Shown here: piece after piece, positions 52,001 to 62,019 of the stretch
Layout: every line of letters starts with the position of its first letter
Numbering within the stretch: position 1 is the first letter of the stretch
DNA from: Azolla caroliniana
Taxonomy: Eukaryota > Plantae > Polypodiophyta
Length of the DNA stretch: 64,000 nucleotides
Assembly: GCA_043228905.1 (NCBI GenBank)
Contig: JBHGNT010000005.1
Location: 8,866,001-8,930,000 of the forward strand
Direction: 5' to 3'
The notes under the pieces: model-generated
Database searches by the model: none
What the model was told of the DNA's origin: nothing
What the model saw: only the letters and a program-made list of their open reading frames with translations
Program-made: the position numbers and the translations under genes

Positions 52001-55000
52001 TCTTTTGGAAAGGATGAACGGTGCATTTTGCCCAAAATGTAGCCTTCACAAACATGCTTCCAAGGTGCCTCAAGTTTGGGCAAGGAGGACACCATTTCAG
52101 ATTTTTGTAGGTGAAGCAAACTTGCAAAATTCAGATGACCAAAGCGTGCATGCCAAATCTTTGCATCTGAAATAGCTTGAGAATCTTGTATTGCATAGGT
52201 TGAATCATTTATAGATCTTTCATAATCTATGAGCTTATACAACCCACGACATAAAATTCTAGAAGTAATAATAATATCCCCATTGGATAGATCATGAACT
52301 ATACACTTATCATCAACAAATTTAACAACCAAGCCAACCTTGGCTAATGCTGAAACTGACAACATATTTTTCTTGATCCCTGGCACAAACAAAGCATCTG
52401 ACAAGATGAAAGGGCTACGTCAAAATGATCTTACCAACACCCATAACTAGATAAGATGAGTTGTTGGCACATGTGACAGTATTCCCTATAGGGGTAGGCT
52501 CCAATTAAGTGAAGAAATTGCGTTGCCAGGTAATATGTTTGGTTGCCCCACTATCGAAATACCAAACATCTGATGGTACAATAGACATACATTCTTCAAG
52601 TGAAGATGGGTCAAAACTGTAAACAGTAGTAAATGCCCACTCTTCATTCTGCACAAGATTTTCAGACTCTGTTTTTGGTGCACAGACTTCTGCAATTGTC
52701 ATGATATGGCAAGACTCGAACCCATGACCTTATGCTACATGGGTCGAGCTCTTGACCATTAGATTATACATTTTAATACGTAAAGTATTATTTTCATTTA
52801 TGTTTTATTATAGAAAATTGATGTATATTCCAGATTTCTCTGGAACATTCTAGAAACTTCAGGAGTATTCCTTAGAACACTATAAAAGGAGGCACAAGGT
52901 ATTATTTCGAACCAAATCGGTTCAACGCCAGTCTTAAGCCTCCTAGCTATTGTACATTTTCTTCACATAATATATATCTTTTCTTATCATCACTCTCTCT
53001 CTCTCTCTCTCTCTCTCCCTCTCACTCACACTTTCCTTCTCTCGAGAGTTCTTCACCTCTCTTAGTACTAATACTTCTTTTAGTACTAAGTCCTTCTCTG
53101 TCTTAGTACTGTTCCTGACAGTTTGAACCGATTTATCCTACCTTCTGTCTCTCTCATTTCCTACTAATCTCTTATTCCTCTTTTCTTTCATCCCATGGCC
53201 ACTGTTAGCGCTGAAGAATATCAATTTGTTTTCTCAGAATTTCAATGCTTGAAAGAGAAGTTCCATGCTTTGGAACAAGAAAACCAACGGTTGCTGGGGG
53301 ATCTTCGGCAAATCTCCTTAGAAAAGCAGCAAACGCAACAGCAGCATGGGGAACTTGCGTTACGCGTGCAACAACTCGAAGCAACCATCGTAGCGATGCA
53401 ACAACAAGGGCCCGGAACACAAGGGATTCATAAAGAACCCAAGATTGGCCTTCCTACGAAGTTCGATGGAACGTGATCACAGTTTAGAGGGTTCCTTAAC
53501 CAGGTACGATTAGTTATTCAAATGCATCCTTCCCGGTATCCCACCGATGCATCACGAGTGGGGTGAGTTTAAAGCATGTTTCGGAGATACTGAAGCATCA
53601 GGACCGCAATCAACAAAATTCGGCGATTACGCCAAGGTGACCATCCAGCCTCCGCATACGCTGCAGATTTTCGCCTACTCGCCGCTGATATCCCTTGGGA
53701 TGATCAAGCGTTGATGGAGCAATTCCGTTATGGTTTACGCAACGACGTCAAGGATTTACTCTTGACCTTCCCTGAAGAGCCAAAGTCCTTAACAGAAGCA
53801 ATCAGTCGCGCGGTGAGATGTGACAACCGCCTCTTTGAGCGACGTTCGGAACGACAGCTACAGATGCCGAGGGCAAGATCAGAGCCCACCTATGCCTCAG
53901 TGGTAGCAAGAACTTTTCCGAGGGAGTCATATAATGCGCCTCCAGCGAATACTCCGACTCCGATGGAGATTGACACTACACGTCGTCGAGGGCCATTATC
54001 TGAAGAAGAAAAGCAGCGACGCCGTACAAATCGACTATGTTTTTACTGCGGTGGACCAAGACATATTGCAATAAATTGCCCCCATAGGCCAAGAAGATAG
54101 GTAAACCAAATAGTTGTTAGTTCTAATTGTACTAAACCCGAGCCTATTTCAGTAGGGATATCTGATAGTCCTAATAGTACTAATAGCCCAGATCTAGCGA
54201 ACAAATTTGATCTCCTTAGTCAGTTAGAAGAAGAGTTAAACGACTAAGTCCAGCCAAAATAGGAGCCGTTTGGTTGGACAGCCCTAGATCTGTGCAGCCC
54301 ATTAGTGGTTCCATTCCCTCTAAGCAAGTTAGTGATGTGTTCGTAACCCAAGTAATAGTTAGTACTAAAAGTACCCCTCCAGTACATGTCATAGCACTCC
54401 TAGATTCCGGAGCTAACTCTTGCTTTATGGATAAGAAATTTGCTCAAGCTCATAAGATATCCCTAATAAAACTCCAGTGTCCAGCCTCTGTAGTAGTCAT
54501 TGATGGACGTCCCATTGCCTCCGGAAATATCACAAAAGAGTCAGAGCCCATTAATATTGTCCTAGACAACTTAGCATGTGTAGTATCATTTAATATTATT
54601 AGTATCCCAGAACATCCCATAGTTTCAGGATTACCGTGGTTCGAGTTACATAACCTAGACATAGATTGGAGAACAAGAGAAATCCGGTGTCGACAAACCC
54701 AAGGGTCAACTCAGAAGATGGCAACCATTTCGCTACGTCAGTTGCGTAAAGAAGGGCACAAGGAGGAAATGTTCCTCTTTGCAATATCAGTAAACCCCTC
54801 CAGCACCACTAAAGAAGAATCCACCGTTCAACTTCCCGAGAAGTATCGTCATTACGCCGATGTGTTCGATAAAGTACAAGCCAACACACTTCCTCATCAT
54901 CGACCGTACGATTGCCCCATCGATTTACAACCGGGAAAAGAGCCGCCATGGGGACCGATCTACAATTTGTCACCAACCGAGCTGGAAGTCCTTCGGGCCT

Positions 55001-58000
55001 ATATAGAGGAGAATTTGGAAAATGGTTTCATCCGGCATTCGAAATCTCCAGCGGGTGCGCCCATTTTCTTCGTTAAGAAAAAGGATGGATCGCTTCGTCT
55101 CGTTGTAGATTACCGTGGCCTGAATAAGGTTACAATCAGGAATAGGTATGCTCTTCCCCTTATCTCAAGTCTTTTAGAATGGATCAATGGTGCTAGGTTC
55201 TTCACGAAGATCGACTTACGGGGAGCATATAACCTCGTACGGATCTGACCAGGAGACGAATGGAAGACCGCGTTTCGCACGAGATATGGGCATTTCGAGT
55301 ATACGGTCATGCCGTTTGGCCTCACTAATGCACCGACAGTCTTCCAGCATATGGCTAATGATATATTCCGAGATCTTTTGGATGATTGTTTGATCATCTA
55401 TTTGGATGATCTACTGGTTTATTCAAAGACCCAAGAAGAACATGATTCTCATGTACTATTAGTACTAAAATGACTTCGAGAACATGGTCTGTATGCAAAG
55501 CTGGAAAAATGTAGTTTCGGGTGCAACCAAATGGAATTTCTCGGCTACATCATTTCATCAGAAGGCATCTCCATGGACCCAACTAAGGTCAAAACGGTGG
55601 TAGAATGGCAGACTCCGCGTTCGGTGCGGGATGTGCAATGCTTCCTAGGCTTTGCCAATTTTTACCAGAAGTTCATACAAGATTACTCAAAGATCGTTCT
55701 ACCTCTCACACAACTTACCATGAAGGGACAACCGTTCATCTGGTCTGAAGAAACGGATGTGGCTTTTCGTCGCTTTTCGTCTTGATCTACCTCCACAACT
55801 TCGGATACATCCGGTGTTTCATAGTTCTCTCCTCGAACCCTATCAAGAGAGCACCATCCCAGGCCGTATTACACAACCTCCACCCCCGATCGAGCTTGAA
55901 GATGGACTTGAGTTCGAGGTTGCCGCCATCCTTGATTCCAAGCTTGTTCGCAACAAGCTCTACTATCTAATCGATTGGCTAGGATATAGTCCCAGCGAGC
56001 GTACTTGGGAACCGATAGAGAATGTCACCAATGCTCGTGCTCTTCTTGACGACTTCCATTGTCAATATCCAGACAAACCGGGTCCTCAATCCAAAACGAC
56101 TTGTTACACTCGTTGTTTTAAAGGGGGGATAATGTCATGATATAGCAAGACTCGAACCCATGACCTTATGCTACATGGGTCGAGCTCTTGACCATTAGAT
56201 TATACATTGTAATACGTAGAATATTATTTTCATTTATGTTTTATTATAGAAAATTTATGTATATTCCAGATTTCTCTGGAACATTCTAGAAACTTTAGGA
56301 GTATTCCTTAGAACACTATAAAAGGAGGCACAAGGCATTATTTCGAACCAAATCGGTTCAACGCCAGTCTTAAGCCTCCTAGCTACTATACATTTTCTTC
56401 ACATAATATATATCTTTTCTTATCATCACTCTCTCTCTCTCTCTCTCTCTCTCCCTCTCACTCACACTTTCCTTCTCTCGAGAGTTCTTCACCTCTCTTA
56501 GTACTAATACTTCTTTTAGTACTAAGTCCTTCTCTGTCTTAGTACTGTTCCTGACAGCAACAACGAGTCCTGCCTCCTTTTTCTTTGCCTCTTTTGCAAC
56601 CAATTTTGGACAGTTCTTCATAATATGATAAATTCCTTTACAATATTTGCAAAACAGTTTTTGTTTATGCTCTTCTTTTCTTTCATTCACTTGTGAATTA
56701 TTAGCAAACCTTTGCTTGCTAGCAGAAGAGTTCCATTTACCTTTGCCCTTCTGACTAGCTAGGAAAGCTTGATTTGCAACACGCATAATAGACCTGTTTT
56801 TCCTAGACTGATCTTCTTGTAACAAAACAGAGACTAGCTCCTCAAATGATAAGGCATTGGGATTACCTTTCATCATTAAACGAAGAGTAGAAGCAAAACT
56901 CTGATATGAATCAGGAAGACCATTTAGATCGGTCTGCACAAGTGAACTATCTAGTATCATTTCATCAGCAGAAATTAATTGTTCCTTTAAATATTTGATT
57001 TTTGTAATAAAATTGTCCATAGAATCACCTTCATTCATGTGCTCACTCTCCAATTGTTTTCGGAGATAAGCAACACGAGTCTCATTTCTTGCTTGGTACA
57101 AAGTGGTAAGAGTATCCCAAACATCCTTTGTTGTCTTGCAAGAGCGAATATGGGGAATAATGGCACGTTTCACAGACAAAGCTATCAAAGCATGTGCCTG
57201 AGCATCTCTGCCATCCCAACGAAGTTGCTCTGCAGTTGGTACAATGGAAACTGTAGCATGGGGATGAGCAGGATGATCAACATCCTCGACAGAATCAATA
57301 CCATCAACATTTGTGTTCTCAACAGGAGGACATTTTTCAGCCCCTTGAACCACATTCCACAACCCCTTTACTACTAATACATGGCACATCATATAATCCC
57401 AAAGAGGTTAATTTGTTCCATCTAGTTTATCCTCAACAACAAGCATTCGAAATACATCATTGCTCTCAGCCATGGCCGTGGACTGAACACGTTTTGATGT
57501 ATAAAATGGATTGTTGAAGGGAATAACATACCTCTTTGACTTGAAAGATGAACAAGTGAAGAGAAAAGGGAAGCAAATCTGATTTTTGAGGGTTATAGGA
57601 ATGTCTTGGAAGACTCAAGGAGGTTTTTTCTAGTATCGAATCGACTTGGAAGTAGAAGAAAAAAACACAATTGAAACTGCGCAGAGGAAGAAAACACGCA
57701 GAAATGGGTTTTTTCAACAGCAGAAAAATGCCACCACAGATGGCACAGACAGACTGCGTATGAGAGTCATTGCTTTCTGCTCAAATGTCACTTTTTGGCT
57801 CTGATACCACTATTGGGTTCTTGCTTTGAATCCCAAAAAGCTTCACCACTTTAGGGTTGTAAGAGTATTTTTAGACAGGGGGAAAAAACCTCCTAAAGAG
57901 GGAAAAAATGCCCCTGTAGTCCTAAGTGTGTTCACACACATTACTGTCCTAAATGTGTTCACACACATCACTATCCTAAGTGTGTTCACACATCACTGTC

Positions 58001-58041
58001 CTAAGTGTGTTCACACACATCACTACCAAAATATGTCAACA
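49059..58041 (-). mobile_element. Near-complete degenerate Ty1/copia LTR retrotransposon: 5' LTR 57811-58041, 3' LTR 49059-49314, gag ~56557-57392, pol ~49378-52696
   Basis: Paired LTRs; iMet PBS TGGTATCAGAGCC (57797-57809, minus strand); PPT ..AAGGGGGATT; TSD ATTTC/ATTAC. Motifs: WYFDSGATKH, HSDVCGP, FIDDFSR, YKARLVAKGY, VYVDDILLTG, RTKHIEVHYH, ADLFTKAL. Confidence 0.95.
52697..56556 (+). mobile_element. Ty3/gypsy chromovirus (Tcn1/Tf1-sushi type) nested in the Copia; 424-bp LTRs 52697-53120 and 56133-56556; RNase H and integrase deleted
   Basis: TG..CA LTR pair differing by about 9 substitutions by eye; TSD GCAAT/GCAAC; PPT AAAGGGGGGATAA. gag PTPMEID and CFYCGGPRHIAINC; protease LLDSGAN; RT with YLDD; chromodomain FEVAAILDS..YYLIDWLGYSPSERTWEP. 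Confidence 0.95.
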
Positions 58042-59570
58042 ATTACTCCCATAAATAAATAAATAAAAATTGGAAAAATAGACTTTTAATTGAAATTCGA
58101 TGTTGTGCATTGGATTTCAGTTGAAAATCCACCTTTTCTTATTTTTTTCGAAAATTTCTTATTTTTGAATTTTGTTTGAATTTGTTTTATTTTTTCCATA
58201 AATAAATAAATAAATTTTGAAAAAATGGATTTTCAATGGAAGTCCACTTTTTCTTATTTGTTTCCAAATTTTCATATTGTTTGAAATTTTTTTGAAATTT
58301 TTTATTTTTCCAATAAATAAATAAATAAAAATTGAAAAAATGGATTTTCGATGGTTCCATTGAAAGTCCACTATTTCTTATTTGTTTCCAAATTTTCATA
58401 TTTTTTGAATTAAAAAAATAAAAATAAACCCAATAAATAAATAAATAAATATTGAAAAAATGGATTTAAAACGGAAATCCGATGCACTGCATCAGATTTC
58501 CATTGAAAGTCCACTATTTCTTATTTGTTTCCCAATTTTCATATTTTTTGAATATTTTTTGTATTTGTTTTGAATTTCTAATTTTTTCAATAAATAAATA
58601 AATAAAAATTGAAAAAATGGATTTTCAATGGAAATCCGATGCATTGTAGTAGATTTCCATTGAAAGTCCACTATTTATTATTTGTTTCCAACTTTCCATA
58701 TTTTTTGAAATTGTTTTGTATTTTTTTTGAATTTTTTTATTTTTCCCATCAATAAATAAATAAAAATTGAAAAAATGGATTTTCAATGGAAACTTTTTCT
58801 TATTTGTTTCCAAATATTCTTATTTTTTGAATTTTTTTGAATTTTTTTATTTTTTCCATAAACAAATAAATAAACTTTGAAAATCCTCTTTTTTTTATTT
58901 GTTTTCAAATTTTCTTATTTTTTTATTTTCTCCATAAAAAATTGTTAAAAATAAAAGAATCGAGATTTTAGCCATTTAAAATGATGTATTTTCAACGGGA
59001 TTTCCAACAGGATTTTCAACAGAAATCCGATGCAGTTGTTGAAAATAAAATATTGTTTAATGGAAAAACTAAAAGAAATTTGGATTTTTAATTGAAATCC
59101 GATGTAGTGCATCAAATTTTAGTTGGAAATCCACTTTTTTAAATATTTTTATTTATTTATTGACAAAATGAAAAACAATTGAAAAGAAAAAAGGATTGTC
59201 AGCCAAAATCTGATGCATTACGTTGATGTTTAGGAGTGCGTCGGATTTCAGTTGAAAAGCCATTTTTTATTATTTTTTATATGGAAAAAATATAAATAAA
59301 TAAATAAAATTGATAAAAGAAAAAAGAAAAAAGGATTTTCGACTTTAATCCAACGCATTGCATTGGATTCTAGCTGTATAGACTAAAATATAATGTAGTG
59401 CATCGTATTTTAGCAGAAAATCCATTTTTTATTATTTTATGGAATGTTTTTTTAAATTTACAAAATTAAAAGAAATCTTGGATTTTCAATTGAAATCTAG
59501 TGCATTGCATTGGATTCCAGTTGAAAATCCAAGATTTTTTATTTTTTCAAATTTTTATTGGGTTCTAGAT
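58042..59570. repeat. AT-rich array of ~55-bp palindromic units (continues at ~48760-49058 on the other side of the Copia insertion)
   Basis: Recurring TGGATTTTCAATGGAAATCCGATGCA-n-TGCATCrGATTTCCATTGAAAGTCCA separated by A/T-run spacers. Confidence 0.85.
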
Positions 59571-60010
59571 TTGTTTTCTGACACAGGTATATAATGTAAA
59601 ACTTACATCAATTTAGATTAACGTTATAGTCTATTCTTCAGTTTGATTTTACATGTGCAATTTCATTCTACTGTCATGTACTACTACAACATGCACCTTA
59701 AAGATGTTCAGGAACTTTGTTGCATTAGAGAAGGACCTTGAGCTGGTTAATTTTATCAAAATGAGGATCCAAGGTATTTGGGACTGTCCTGATCAAGACC
59801 AAGAAGTTGGGGAAGCATATCAATGAAACTTAGATGTTCTAGATGACTCCTGGAGAACATATGGAACCTATAGATGAAGAAGCATGGGACCTTGTTGAAT
59901 TAGAAGACGTGTTAGAGTCTGAACATACTAATGATTCAACTTAGCGTACTAACGAAGCCAATGAGGACAATCCTGATGAAAGAGCAATCTTAAGGAGACA
60001 ACTTTGCCAT
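59565..60010 (+). pseudogene. Decayed coding remnant inside the TIR element, possibly the C-terminus of a RAG1/Transib-type DDE transposase
   Basis: Splicing GT at 59587 to a degenerate acceptor at 59660 gives LDLFSDTVSFYCHVLLQHAP. After a frameshift the reading continues KMFRNFVALEKDLELVN, followed by an acidic tail. Confidence 0.3.
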
Positions 60011-62019
60011 ACTTATTATTCGATTGAATGGATATGGCTTATTGTAAAATTTGAACAATATGAATTGTTAAATTTTGATGTAATATATAAGTTGAGCTTA
60101 TTTATAATTTTCGTGTAACACTCATTGAAATTAGACATTAAGTATAATTTTTATGTGTACATGTTGTCTAAAGTCTCCTTTATCGTTTGGGGTATATGGG
60201 AGATAAAATTATACTTTATCATTTACTCGTATGATTGGAATGTTATTGTAGACTAGTTTATTTATACATTGATGGTGTCATGTATCATGTGTTATCAATG
60301 GAAATTTTCTCTTGACATAGTAGTATCTCTTAATTGCAAGGTTCACAATTTGCTTTAAGATATATTATACATAAATAAATATACACACATAATTAGAAGA
60401 AGTCACTTATTCAATGGGGTATGCTTTTTAGAATATGCACAAGGACTTGTGTTACTATTATACTTGCGTTGACGAATATACCCCTATCTAAGATTTGGAC
60501 AAAAACATGGTAGATAGAATATACGTTGGATGATTTTGTTGACATGATATTAGTTAGTTCTATTTTTCGCTATGTTTTCATAAACGATACGCATGCGTCG
60601 TGCCTTTTTGAAATTATGCTTAAATAAGGCATCTTTTAACATCTCACTAAAATATGAAAAAGAGAATGCGACATATTACCTGTTTCAAATGACCCGGTGT
60701 TATCATAAGTGAAGGTTGATATAATCACTCTTTATCATGCCCTGGAATCCACATGCCTTTAATCTAGGGCTCAACAGTTCGTAAACTTGTTGAAAGAGAC
60801 GCCGCATATAAAATGAATAGGTATGGTACATATGTTACATGCACAAAATGTTAAAATAAACATATGTTTCACATATATATTCGAGGAAACTTACTCATGC
60901 ACAACTAGTGTGCATGAATACCATAGTTAGAAAGAAAAAAACATGATGCTTGCCATGTGGTAAGTTATACTTAGCCTCTCCCAACACTATAGAAGGATGG
61001 GGAGCAAAATGTAAGAAGGGGGTTGATTCTTGGATATTATTAGGGTTCTAAGTGTTGATTAATAGAATACATTATACTCGTGGGATTCACAAGTTTCCTA
61101 TCTCTTTCTTTCAATCTATTCATATTTTTTTATCTGTATTAAATTCCTCCTCCTCCTAGTCCAAAACTTGGACGATTCCACCCGACTCACGCAACGATCC
61201 GGCGCAGTAAGGCACAACAATGGGGCAAGTGGGCATCCTTGCCTTACCGAATGAGTTATTCCAAAAACTTGTCCCATATTTCCTACAATTAGTACATAGC
61301 TTCTTGCACCCTAAACCTTACTAACAACTTTATAGCAAGGGATATATTATTTGTTTTCTTGTTTTTGTATTATGGGATTTTGCTGAGAATTAGCTTTTAT
61401 TGTCCACTCACAAAACCATGTGGACAAGGGTGTCAAACTCTAACTATTTAAAATCGAACTGTTTAAAAATTTGAAACTTAAATGAAACTGAACAATTAAA
61501 CCATTTAAACCGAATTGTTACAAAAAATCTAAAACGTTAAACTGTTAAAATCGCGGTTTCGTGGTTCGGTTTTGGTTTTAAAGTTAGGTCAACATATTCT
61601 CAGCAAATGTGAGTATGAATATCATGTTATATTATAGGAGACCATTGTTGGTTTCCTTTCCAAAGTAATATCTCTTCCTGAAGCAGAAATACTAATGAAA
61701 ACGAGTGTAGAACTTGCCTTGGAAGCAAGGAATGCCTTTTGAATGATTTTGAACCAGCTTTTGGTAGCTGCATTCATTGGAAGCTATGGGGCTTACCTAA
61801 TAAATGGTTCAGAATACAGGTATATGTTTGGTGATAATATTAAATTTATGATTGAATATCGACAATAATCATTTTCCAAGTGTTGTTATCTACCTTACAA
61901 TGGTATTTATGAAACAGAAATGACACTAGAAAACTCAAGAATGGTCATCGAGTTCCATCCAGCTTTTAGTAGAAGCTAGATCAGATTCATAAGCCTTTGA
62001 AACAACTCCAAACATACTG

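Larger units (their letters stand above)
48011..60699. mobile_element. Non-autonomous TIR DNA transposon with 35-bp TIRs beginning CACCGGG (about 3.7 kb after removing nested retroelements)
   Basis: 48011-48045 (CACCGGGACATTTGAAACAGGTAATATGTCGCATT) versus the reverse complement of 60665-60699: 34/35 identical. A subterminal motif is shared by both ends. No clear TSD. Confidence 0.8.

Noticed and set aside
56379-56556. C-terminal extension of the 337-aa gag ORF
   Set aside because: Read-through into the antisense strand of the inserted chromovirus LTR; not genuine gag.
58042-59570. CRISPR-like appearance (palindromic repeats with spacers)
   Set aside because: Eukaryotic context; the repeats are degenerate, the spacers are related low-complexity A/T runs, and there are no cas genes.
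59670-59705. hAT dimerisation-like VMYYYNMHL reading
   Set aside because: No upstream CERxWS/RNRL motif, no hAT-type termini and no 8-bp TSD. The alternative frame fits the splice phase better, though hAT is not fully excluded.
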